Source of the DNA: Candidatus Forterrea multitransposorum CG_2015-17_Forterrea_25_41
Lineage (GTDB): Archaea > Iainarchaeota > Iainarchaeia > Iainarchaeales > CSSED10-239
Assembly: GCA_009392915.1 (NCBI GenBank)
Contig: CP045477.1
Span: 448,001-512,000, forward strand
Reading direction: 5' to 3'
DNA length: 64,000 nt
Shown: positions 20,058-28,954 of the stretch, one piece after another
Position numbering within the stretch: the first letter of the stretch is position 1
How the letters are laid out: every line of letters starts with the position of its first letter
Notes under the pieces: model-generated
The model's input: the letters and a program-made list of their open reading frames with translations, nothing else
Told to the model about the DNA's origin: nothing
Database searches by the model: none
Position numbers and translations under genes: made by a program

Positions 20058-20174
20058 CTTTTTGTTAAAGATTTTAAATTTATACTAAATAAAATAGTTA
20101 AACTATAAATAAATTAATGCACAAAAACATTTATATTTGTATCTTCTAACAAAATTACATCTAAAAACCATGTA

Positions 20175-20777
20175 TTATTTTATCTTTTTTAAAAAATACC
20201 AAAAAGCAATAAATAACACTACAAAACCAACTAAAAAAATCATTAAAACATTAAAATAATTTAAAACTGATTTTGAAATCTCTTCTCCAAGCTTATAACC
20301 AAGAATTGTTAAAAAAGAAACCCATAAAAAAGATCCTAAAAAAGTGTAAAAAATAAAATCTTTTAAAGGCATTTTTGAAAAACCAGCAGGAATAGAAATA
20401 TACTGTCTTACAACAGGTATTAACCTTCCAAAAAAAGTTGCTGATTTACCATATTTTTTAAAAAACAATTCTGCTTTTTCTAGATGAGAAATATTTATAA
20501 AGAATATTCTTTGGTGTCTTAAAAGATATCTCCTTCCTAAATAATAACCTATAGAATAATTTATTAATGCACCAAAAACAGAACCTAAAGTTCCTAAAAG
20601 AATTACAAGAAATATATTTAAATTACCTACATATGCAAAAGCACCTGCAGGAACCATTATGATCTCTGAAGGAAAAGGAATAAATGAACTTTCAATAGTC
20701 ATTAATAAAAACACCAATAAATGTCCAACAAATCCTGTTAAATAATCAGACAAAAATAAAATCATTTCTTCAAACAT
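20175..20777 (-). CDS. DedA/SNARE-associated family membrane protein
   Basis: Family-typical motifs (PFPSEIIMVPAGAFAY, GRLIPVVRQYISIPAG). Confidence 0.7.
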   Translation of the reverse strand: MFEEMILFLSDYLTGFVGHLLVFLLMTIESSFIPFPSEIIMVPAGAFAYVGNLNIFLVILLGTLGSVFGALINYSIGYYLGRRYLLRHQRIFFINISHLEKAELFFKKYGKSATFFGRLIPVVRQYISIPAGFSKMPLKDFIFYTFLGSFLWVSFLTILGYKLGEEISKSVLNYFNVLMIFLVGFVVLFIAFWYFLKKIK

Positions 20778-20805
20778 AAGTTTTCGTCATTTCTTTTTAA
20801 GATAT

Positions 20806-21510
20806 CTAAACTATATAACTAGATACAAAAAAGATTAAAAGACTTACTGGAAGTAAAAAACATAAATAAATCCAAACTTTCTTTGAATTACTATCAATCT
20901 GTGATAAATAAATTGAAGAAATTATAACATATTCAACTAAATATACAATTGCACAATAATAACTTACAATAAACAAACTAGAATTAGAAGTTAAACCAAC
21001 AACTGAAATATCAACAATTCCAGTTAAACTTTTAACCAAAGAAATTACAACCCCTAAAATCCCAGGAACAATAAAACCACCTGCAAAAAGAATAGTGTAT
21101 TTTTGCATTAAAAGAATTGAAGTTCTTTCATCAAACAATTCTCTTGATTTTAAAAAATCTTTAACTAAATTTTTATAATCTTTAGAAGTAACTGTTCCAG
21201 TAAAAACTGAATATTCTAAAAGATCTAAAAAATTTGAAAGAAAAGAAGAATTATATTTATTTTTTAAAATATTAAACACTTCTTTAGGGGTATGCCCTTT
21301 GTTTATTTTATTTAAAATTAATTTAAATTCAGAAGATATTAATTGATTACTGGAAGATGCAAGCTTTACTAAAATTACTTTTAGATCATTTGTTTTAACA
21401 AACCCAGAGATTCTTAAAACTTCATCAATTAAAGCATCTTCAAATTTCTTTCTCTTAATACTAAAAAAATAATCTCCAAATAAGTAATTTAAATACTTCA
21501 TTAATTTCAT
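20806..21510 (-). CDS. FlaJ/TadC-like (T2SS-F domain) half-protein: cytoplasmic helical domain plus C-terminal TM helices
   Basis: Domain layout and position immediately downstream of the secretion ATPase; weak sequence-level call. Confidence 0.45.
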   Translation of the reverse strand: MKLMKYLNYLFGDYFFSIKRKKFEDALIDEVLRISGFVKTNDLKVILVKLASSSNQLISSEFKLILNKINKGHTPKEVFNILKNKYNSSFLSNFLDLLEYSVFTGTVTSKDYKNLVKDFLKSRELFDERTSILLMQKYTILFAGGFIVPGILGVVISLVKSLTGIVDISVVGLTSNSSLFIVSYYCAIVYLVEYVIISSIYLSQIDSNSKKVWIYLCFLLPVSLLIFFVSSYIV

Positions 21511-21533
21511 AATTAATTAACTCTCATTTTTAT

Positions 21534-22280
21534 TTATGGAAGATTAGCTTTCATTGTTAGGAATATAAACATATCAATTATTGGAAATAAAATAACAATT
21601 ATAAAAATAACAGATAAAGGTGTAAAAGATAATTCTAAAAAATTACTACCAACTAATAAAAACATTAAAAACAAAGCAGGAACAATTGCAGAAACAACAA
21701 TATAGATTAAAGATAAAAGACTTAATTTAGTGGAATAATTTTTAATTAAATAATTTTGTTTTTCAATAATACTTGAAGATAATGTTCTTAAAGATTCAGA
21801 TTTATTTAAAGAACCAGTAGATAAAACATCTTCAATCTGATAAAAAACTCTCTTTAAATCTGAGTTTTCAACACCCACAGAAATAAAAGATTCAGAAAGA
21901 GAATAACCTAAGACATTTACTTTATATAAAACTTTTTTAATAATTTGCCCAATTAAAGAAGAATCAACTCTATTTTCTAAAGCAATTTTTAAAGAAATAT
22001 TCTTATCTAAATCATTTGCAAGGTTATTTAAGAAAAAAGGAATTTCTTTATTTATTTGTCTTTGATGATTTTGAAGCTTAATCTTGTATTTAAAAAAAAT
22101 AATAAAAAAGAACATAAAGAAAAACATAATAAATAAATTAAATAAATAACTATAAGATAAACTAATAACCACTGAATCAATTAATAAAAAAATAATTAAA
22201 ATTATTAAATAGAGAATAATAAATAACAAAAAGTTCTTTCTTGTAAATATTTCTTTCTTTAAAAAAATATAATCAATCAT
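21534..22280 (-). CDS. FlaJ/TadB-like (T2SS-F domain) half-protein; overlaps the ATPase gene by 8 nt
   Basis: N-terminal TMs, central cytoplasmic helical bundle, C-terminal TMs; operon context. Confidence 0.45.
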   Translation of the reverse strand: MIDYIFLKKEIFTRKNFLLFIILYLIILIIFLLIDSVVISLSYSYLFNLFIMFFFMFFFIIFFKYKIKLQNHQRQINKEIPFFLNNLANDLDKNISLKIALENRVDSSLIGQIIKKVLYKVNVLGYSLSESFISVGVENSDLKRVFYQIEDVLSTGSLNKSESLRTLSSSIIEKQNYLIKNYSTKLSLLSLIYIVVSAIVPALFLMFLLVGSNFLELSFTPLSVIFIIVILFPIIDMFIFLTMKANLP

Positions 22281-24036
22281 AATCTTTTCTAATTAATATT
22301 TCATCAATTATTTTTTCTTGTTTCTTATAAACTTTAAGATAATCTTTTTTATTTTTAATATCAAATGCAAATTTTAATTTATCATAGATTTTAATAGAAT
22401 CATTAACTTTAATTAATTTATTTTTATAAATATCAAAATAAAATAAAACATTTAAAGAAATTTTTCCATCTTTATATATAACTTCACAGATTTCAGTAAT
22501 ATTTCTTAAATCAATAGATTTACCTTTTAAATATTTATTATATCTTCTTTGAGTTATAATTAAATCAATTACACCTAAATCAGTTTCTAAAACACCATAT
22601 GACTTAAACCTTAATAGAGCTTCATTAGCACTTTGAGAATGGAAAGTTGTATATGTACCTTTTGCTTGACCACAAAGCATAGATTCAATTAAATATTTTG
22701 ATTCTTCTCTACTTCTAATTTCTCCAATAACAACTCTATCAGGTCTCATTCTTAAAGTGTTTATAACTAAACTTTCAAGATTAATTCCAATCTCAGGATT
22801 TACAAGTGTAAAAACTTTATGTTTATGAGGGATATTTATCTCTCTAACTTCTTCAACAACAACAAATCTTTCATCTAAAGGAACAAAAGAAAGTAAAGTG
22901 TTTAAAGTGGTTGTTTTTCCAGAACCAGTATTTCCAACAACAATTATATTTGAATCTGTTAAAAAACAAAGACTTAAAAAAACTAAAGCTTCTTTTGAAA
23001 CTGTATTAAAAGAGATTAAATCTTTAATTGTAAATGGTTTTTGAGAAAATTTTCTAATAGTAATACAAGCACTTTCAGTTATTGGGTTTATAACTGCATT
23101 AAGTCTTGAATTATCTTTAAGATAAGTATCTAAAATTGGATTTTTTAAAGTAATATATTTATTTGAGTGCCAAGAAAGTTTATTAATTAAATCCCTTATT
23201 ACTTGAGAAGAAGAATAAGAAAGATTACTTTCAAGCCAACCATAATATTTATGATAAACATAAAGTGATTTTCCTTCTCCAATAATTACAATTTCTTCAA
23301 GATAAGGATCTTTTAATATTTCTGTTAATGGTCCATAATTATAAAGATTATTAAAAGAAATATCTATAATATAATTAAATTGATCTTCTTCAAGCTCTAT
23401 GTTATTAACATAACAATAATCAATTAATTCTTTTTCAATATCTTCTTTTATTCTTTCAGTTGAAACTTTTTCAATATATTCTGTTCTAGTTTTATAAGAA
23501 TCTAAAATAAAGTTAATAACTTCAATTTCTTGGATTGAAAGATTTTGATGAAAAATTAAATATCTTTTAGAAGAATCTTTCATTTCAAATACATTTTTAG
23601 AAATATTTCTTAAGATTTCTTTTTTTAAATCTAAAACAACATAACCTAAATATCTATTAAGAATATATTTCTTTTCATCATCAGTAAACTCATCCATTAT
23701 CTTTAATAAAGCAGGATTATTTTTATAACAAAACATAGAAAAAGAACTTAAAGCACATAAATCACATTTATAAGCTTTATTTTTTCTTAAGATAATAGCA
23801 TTATGTGGACAAGCTTTAAGACACTCACCACACCCATCACATTTTTCAGAATCAATTGCTACAACGCCTTTAGAAACATAATAAATAGCATTTTTTTTAC
23901 AAGCTTTAATACAAGGAGCATCTTTACAATTGGTACAATTGAATACACAAGAAGAGTCTTTTTTTGTAAAATTGTAAGGACAATTTAGAAAAACATCTGT
24001 ATCTTTGATAAAATCTTCTGTTTTCTTAAGATACAT
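22273..24036 (-). CDS. FlaI/VirB11/PilB-family secretion ATPase fused to an N-terminal 2x[4Fe-4S] ferredoxin-like domain
   Basis: N-terminus: CTNCKDAPCIKAC and the canonical CDGCGECLKACP (CxxCxxCxxxCP). ATPase core: Walker A VVGNTGSGKTTTLN, Walker B/Glu RPDRVVIGEIRSREE, His box TTFHSQSA. Confidence 0.75.
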   Translation of the reverse strand: MYLKKTEDFIKDTDVFLNCPYNFTKKDSSCVFNCTNCKDAPCIKACKKNAIYYVSKGVVAIDSEKCDGCGECLKACPHNAIILRKNKAYKCDLCALSSFSMFCYKNNPALLKIMDEFTDDEKKYILNRYLGYVVLDLKKEILRNISKNVFEMKDSSKRYLIFHQNLSIQEIEVINFILDSYKTRTEYIEKVSTERIKEDIEKELIDYCYVNNIELEEDQFNYIIDISFNNLYNYGPLTEILKDPYLEEIVIIGEGKSLYVYHKYYGWLESNLSYSSSQVIRDLINKLSWHSNKYITLKNPILDTYLKDNSRLNAVINPITESACITIRKFSQKPFTIKDLISFNTVSKEALVFLSLCFLTDSNIIVVGNTGSGKTTTLNTLLSFVPLDERFVVVEEVREINIPHKHKVFTLVNPEIGINLESLVINTLRMRPDRVVIGEIRSREESKYLIESMLCGQAKGTYTTFHSQSANEALLRFKSYGVLETDLGVIDLIITQRRYNKYLKGKSIDLRNITEICEVIYKDGKISLNVLFYFDIYKNKLIKVNDSIKIYDKLKFAFDIKNKKDYLKVYKKQEKIIDEILIRKDYD

Positions 24037-24140
24037 CTATAATTTAATTATAGAATAAAAAGATTAATAAATAGATCCTAAAATCTATAAAACAGGTTTT
24101 TTAAAAAGATATTTATATCTATCTATATTTAAATATAAGT

Positions 24141-25061
24141 ATGGAAGATGAATATATTATTATTTCAACAAACAAAGAAAAAGCCCAAGCAACAACAATT
24201 GCAAATAAACTAAATCTTACACTTGGAGATATTAATATAAAACAAGTTCAAGGTTCAGAAACAAGTGTTGATGTTAAAAGTTATGTAAATTATAAAAAAG
24301 TATTTTTAATATATAACATATCTCAACCAGTAAATGAATCAATAATGCAACTTTTATTTATAGCTGATGCCATAAGAAAAGAAGGTGCTGAAAAAATATA
24401 TTTAATTACTTCTTATCTTCCTTACACTAAAATAAAATATAGAACAGAATATAAATTAAATTTTAGTTTATTTTCAAGACTTTTACAAGAAACAAATATT
24501 GATAAAATATATACTTTTGGTCTTTATTCTCCAAAAATAAGTTTTTATCTTAAAATACCTCTTTACAATGTTCCTTTAATAAATCTTTTTTCAAAAGTTA
24601 TTGAAGATAATTTCACTAAAAATAAAAATCTAATAATAACTACAATAGATTATGAAATGCAAGAAACTTCAAAAGATATTGCTAAAAAAACAAAATCAGA
24701 AGTTATTTTTCCAACAAAAGACATAATTAACAATAAAATTAAATTTAATATCTCAGGAAATGTTAATGGAAAAGATATTTTAATAATTTCAGATTCAATA
24801 TTTACTGGAGAAAACATTATTGAATATTCAAACTATTTAACACTTAAGGGTGCAAAAAACATATCAGTTATAGCAACACATGGTATTTTAGATAAAAAAG
24901 CAATACCTCTAATTGAAAAATCTGTGATTAAACAAATATATGTAATTAATCATAATTATCAAAAATCAGAAAAAATAAAAATAGTTTCAACAACTAAGAT
25001 AATTGAAGAAATTATTAAAAGAACTGTAGATAAAAAGAACCTTAAAAACGTATTAAAATGA
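24141..25061 (+). CDS. divergent ribose-phosphate pyrophosphokinase (PRPP synthetase) homolog, probably non-catalytic
   Basis: Strong similarity to the Prs N-domain (VFLIYNISQPVNESIMQLLFIADAIRKEGAEKIYLITSYLPY) but the catalytic ARQDRK and the PRPP-loop DDxxDTxGT are replaced (TKIKYR; ISDSIFTGEN). Confidence 0.5.
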   Translation: MEDEYIIISTNKEKAQATTIANKLNLTLGDINIKQVQGSETSVDVKSYVNYKKVFLIYNISQPVNESIMQLLFIADAIRKEGAEKIYLITSYLPYTKIKYRTEYKLNFSLFSRLLQETNIDKIYTFGLYSPKISFYLKIPLYNVPLINLFSKVIEDNFTKNKNLIITTIDYEMQETSKDIAKKTKSEVIFPTKDIINNKIKFNISGNVNGKDILIISDSIFTGENIIEYSNYLTLKGAKNISVIATHGILDKKAIPLIEKSVIKQIYVINHNYQKSEKIKIVSTTKIIEEIIKRTVDKKNLKNVLK

Positions 25062-25132
25062 TTTAAATATCTTTCTATACTATATAATATATACTTGTTT
25101 TTGTAAACAATAATTAAAGGTTGTGATGAAAA

Positions 25133-25612
25133 ATGATAAAAAGTGGAATGAAAAACCAAAATGAAAATAATGATAATTATTTAACAATTATCCTTGATGA
25201 TGGGGATGAAGTTGTTTATTGTGTAGAATCTGCTTTTAAAGAAAACTCTATCAAGAAAGCTATATTAGTTTCTGCAGATGGAAAACTAAGAGATTCAAAA
25301 ATGGCAATCTCAAGAGCAGGAAACCTAAGACAAAGAATATATTCAGAACCTTTAAAGATTAAACAAGTTTCAGGAGAATTTAATAAAATAAATGATGATT
25401 ATTTTGGAGATGTTAACATCTCTCTTGAAAAAGACCCAATCCATACTGTAAGTGGAGCTTTACTTAAAGGAATTGCAGATGGAGAAGTAACAATTAGATT
25501 TAAAATAATTAAAGATCTTGATTATCAACCTAATAATACAAAAACAATGGTTAAAGAAAAAATAATACAAGAAACTGTTAAAAAAGAACCTAAGCCTATG
25601 ATTATAGCTTAG
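25133..25612 (+). CDS. DUF296/PPC-domain protein
   Basis: Overall similarity to the PPC (DUF296) fold: an ...AILVSADGKL...AISRAGN...VSGALLKG-IADGEVTIRF pattern. Confidence 0.45.
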   Translation: MIKSGMKNQNENNDNYLTIILDDGDEVVYCVESAFKENSIKKAILVSADGKLRDSKMAISRAGNLRQRIYSEPLKIKQVSGEFNKINDDYFGDVNISLEKDPIHTVSGALLKGIADGEVTIRFKIIKDLDYQPNNTKTMVKEKIIQETVKKEPKPMIIA

Positions 25613-26376
25613 TTTTTTTCTATTTTTTTATATATTTTTAAAATTATTTTTCTTATATTTCTTTTTAGTTTGTTTTTAAAATTTGGATTATTCTTACAAT
25701 AGTTATAAGAATATATTATAAAAAGCAAAAAAACAATTACAAAAAAATAAACTAAAGTATAATCTTTTTCTTCTTCTTTATAGACTACTATTTTTTCTAA
25801 CCTAAAGGGAAGATAACTTTGAGAAAAATCATCTGTTAAATAACTAAAGTTTCTATCAATAATATAAAATTTATTTAAAGATTCTGAAAATACACTATTT
25901 GTTTTAATTATATCTTTTGGAAAATCATAATAAACATTTAAATCATGTAAAGAATAAGTTACAAATAAATAATCTTGATAGTCTTTTTTAGAAATTACCC
26001 TTAAATGAATTTCTTTCTTTGAAATATTTAAAGAATCGTAAAGTTGAGTATAACCAGAAATATTTAAATCTTTTTTTAAAGAAATTTCTTTTTCAGAAAT
26101 AATTTTAAGTTCTGGAAGAGAATCATATTCTTTTAATATCTGCTCATATCTTAAAGAATCATTAGCATCTATTATGGAAAAATCAATTAATGGAAAATCT
26201 AAAAGATAATTATTAAATTCATTTTTTAAAAGATTATAATCTTTTTCTAAAAGATAAAGATTACTTTCAAAATCACTTGCATAAATAAAAGGTGTAAAAA
26301 ATAAGAAGAAGATAAATATTAAGATACAAAAGTAAGATTGTTTAAATAAAGAATTAAGTAAATCTTTATTATTCAT
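25609..26376 (-). CDS. hypothetical secreted/membrane protein
   Basis: ORF track; N-terminal hydrophobic segment, C-terminal TM. Confidence 0.3.
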   Translation of the reverse strand: MNNKDLLNSLFKQSYFCILIFIFFLFFTPFIYASDFESNLYLLEKDYNLLKNEFNNYLLDFPLIDFSIIDANDSLRYEQILKEYDSLPELKIISEKEISLKKDLNISGYTQLYDSLNISKKEIHLRVISKKDYQDYLFVTYSLHDLNVYYDFPKDIIKTNSVFSESLNKFYIIDRNFSYLTDDFSQSYLPFRLEKIVVYKEEEKDYTLVYFFVIVFLLFIIYSYNYCKNNPNFKNKLKRNIRKIILKIYKKIEKN

Positions 26377-26415
26377 TATAAAAATATTAGTTATTAGAAA
26401 ACTATTTAATTATTA

Positions 26416-27180
26416 CTATTTTTTAAAACCAGATATAAAAAATAAAGTTTTCTTTTCAAAAACTTTAAATAACTCAAATCCCTTAAACTCAGGAGAATAT
26501 TTAAGAAGAGAAATATTTTCTTCTAAAAACCATTTTTTAACTTCTTTGATAGTATGGTAAGACTCAAAAGGAACTAAATATCTATCATAAATAGAATTTT
26601 TTGGAGCATTCTTTAATGGTTTTAATAAAAAAGAATGATTAAAATAATAATCTAGTTTTTTAGGATCTTTTGAAAAGAAAGTATGTAGTAAAAACCTAAT
26701 AATTCTATACCTTAATCTTGCAAATTTATGATAAAGTGCAATAGTTATGACACCATTTTTTTTTAAAAGAGAAGTTAGTTTTTTAAAACCTTTAAAAGCA
26801 TCTTCTGTATGATGTAAAACCCCTATTGAAAAAATATAATCAAATGTTCCTAAATCACTTAAATCATCATTTAAAATATCTTTTTGAAAAATTTTAATAT
26901 TTAATTTTTCATCAATTACTCTCTTTCTAAGAACAGACAACTGTCCAGAAGATAGATCAATTGAAGTAACCTTTGCCCCTTTTTTTGCAAGAAAAATAGA
27001 TTTTTCTCCAGTTCCACATCCAGCATCTAGTATTTTTTTACCTCTTAGGTCTTTTAAGTCTGCTTTAGAGTAAGAAATAATACCAGAAATTAGTTTATTA
27101 TGTTTTTTTCTTTGACGATTAGTATAAAGTTTAATTAAAGGATAATTATAGTTATCATAATAATTTTTTACTTCTTTCAT
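26416..27180 (-). CDS. class I SAM-dependent methyltransferase
   Basis: Motif I ILDAGCGTGEKSIFLAKKGAKVTSIDLS; 4-nt overlap with the upstream HAD gene. Confidence 0.7.
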   Translation of the reverse strand: MKEVKNYYDNYNYPLIKLYTNRQRKKHNKLISGIISYSKADLKDLRGKKILDAGCGTGEKSIFLAKKGAKVTSIDLSSGQLSVLRKRVIDEKLNIKIFQKDILNDDLSDLGTFDYIFSIGVLHHTEDAFKGFKKLTSLLKKNGVITIALYHKFARLRYRIIRFLLHTFFSKDPKKLDYYFNHSFLLKPLKNAPKNSIYDRYLVPFESYHTIKEVKKWFLEENISLLKYSPEFKGFELFKVFEKKTLFFISGFKK

Positions 27181-27836
27181 AATTTAATCAAAGACTTTAG
27201 TTTATTTAAAGTTATTTCTTTAGTACTTTTTACAATTAAAGAAGCTTTTAATTTTTTAAAATCAGAAACTGTAGTAAATTCTGATAACACACCTACAGAT
27301 TTTAGACCAGCTCTATGAATAGAAACAATACCTTGAAGAGAATCTTCTATTCCTACACATTCATTAGATGAAAGTTTTAAAAAAGTTAAAGGATTATAAA
27401 AAGCATCTTTGTAAGGTTTATGTCTTTTAATATCTTCAGAAGTTAAAATTAAATCAAAATAATCTAAAAGATTAAATTTATTAAGTAAAAACAAAATATT
27501 TTCTTTTTCATTTGAAGAAGAAATAACAATTTTAATATTATTTTTCTTTAATGTTTTTAAAAGATTAATTATACCTGGGTTAGGTTTTATTTCTTTTAAG
27601 AAAGAATAAAAAATATCATGTTTTTCAGAAATATAATCTGAAAGCTTTATTGAAAGATTATATTTTTTATTTACATATTTTAGAAAATCTTTAGTTGTTG
27701 TTGCAAGATTTTCTTTTTGTTCTTTTTTTGTAAATTTTATATTATATTTTTTAAAAAAAAGTTCTCTAGTCTTAAGATAATATTTAGCAGAGTTAAATAA
27801 TACTCCATCAAAATCAAAAATAACAGCTTTTAACAT
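27177..27836 (-). CDS. HAD-superfamily hydrolase (beta-phosphoglucomutase/phosphatase-like)
   Basis: Motif I MLKAVIFDFDGVL, motif II ISSSN, motif IV GIEDS. Confidence 0.65.
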   Translation of the reverse strand: MLKAVIFDFDGVLFNSAKYYLKTRELFFKKYNIKFTKKEQKENLATTTKDFLKYVNKKYNLSIKLSDYISEKHDIFYSFLKEIKPNPGIINLLKTLKKNNIKIVISSSNEKENILFLLNKFNLLDYFDLILTSEDIKRHKPYKDAFYNPLTFLKLSSNECVGIEDSLQGIVSIHRAGLKSVGVLSEFTTVSDFKKLKASLIVKSTKEITLNKLKSLIKL

Positions 27837-27908
27837 AAATTTACACCTATAAAAAAAATGATTAATAATAAAAAAAAAGAAAAAAGAAAAAATGATTTTA
27901 AAAAAAAA

Positions 27909-28370
27909 TTATCTATCTTTCCATGCAACAAGACCTATTATTACTAAATATGCAATTCCAACAAAAATATTTACTATTGGAATAATAGCTAAAATAGGTA
28001 CTAAAGCAAGCCATCCAGGATACTTTCTTTTCTCAAAGATTCTCCACATGGATATTAAAGCTAGAACCATTACAGCAGCCCATCCTAAAACAGGAACTAA
28101 TAGTAAGAATATTAATGCCCAATGGAATCCACCAAGCTCTAAGATCATTGCATAATTTGCAATTGGGATCCATGCAAGCCAAGCTTTTTTATATTTTAAT
28201 TTTTTTCCAATAGTTTGGAATGCAAGTGCTGTATAAATATATAAAGCAACACCAACTATACCAGCTAATAAAGCCATACCAGCAATTAAAGCAATTATAC
28301 CACCTAATGCTTCAGGACTAGCTGTCATATTAGTGCTATCAACTGCAGCAAATAACATATTTGAAAACAT
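27909..28370 (-). CDS. small polytopic membrane protein, GC-rich relative to its surroundings
   Basis: 4 TM helices; compositionally distinct (clearly higher GC). Confidence 0.4.
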   Translation of the reverse strand: MFSNMLFAAVDSTNMTASPEALGGIIALIAGMALLAGIVGVALYIYTALAFQTIGKKLKYKKAWLAWIPIANYAMILELGGFHWALIFLLLVPVLGWAAVMVLALISMWRIFEKRKYPGWLALVPILAIIPIVNIFVGIAYLVIIGLVAWKDR

Positions 28371-28475
28371 TTATTACGCCTCCGTTTTTAATTGTAATTT
28401 ATAACATATATAACATATAAAAGATTTATAAAGGTATTATTTTTAAAAATACCCTTAAATTTCTTTTAAAAACCC

Positions 28476-28946
28476 TTAAATTTCATCTACAGAATAAACA
28501 AAATCTAAATCTATTTTATCATATGAGAATAATTCTTCATCTTTAAAAAATCTTGCAATTTCAATATCTGAAGAAACTTGTGAATCTGAAGCATGTACAA
28601 CATTACATTGCCCACTTAAAGAATAATCTCCTCTAATAGTTCCAGCTTCTGCTTCATAACCTTTTGTAACACCTACAAGATTTCTTACAACAGTAATAGC
28701 ATTTACACCTTCAATTACAAGTAAAACAGAAGGAGCACTTTGCATAAATCTTTTTAAATGAGGGAAAAAAGGCTTATCTTTTAAATGAAAATAATGTTCA
28801 CCTATTAAGTCATCATTTAAGTGCATCATTTTAAGTCCTACAAGTTTTAGTCCTTTTCTTTCAAATCTATGTAGGATTTCTCCAACAAGACCTCTATTTA
28901 ATGAATCTGGTTTAAAAATAACTAATGTTCGTTCCATATTTGACAC
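28476..28946 (-). CDS. ndk: nucleoside diphosphate kinase
   Basis: LVIFKPDS, GLVGEIL...ERKGLKLVG, active-site NVVHASDS; SD GAGGTG 7 nt upstream. Confidence 0.85.
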   Translation of the reverse strand: MSNMERTLVIFKPDSLNRGLVGEILHRFERKGLKLVGLKMMHLNDDLIGEHYFHLKDKPFFPHLKRFMQSAPSVLLVIEGVNAITVVRNLVGVTKGYEAEAGTIRGDYSLSGQCNVVHASDSQVSSDIEIARFFKDEELFSYDKIDLDFVYSVDEI

Positions 28947-28954
28947 CTCTAAAT

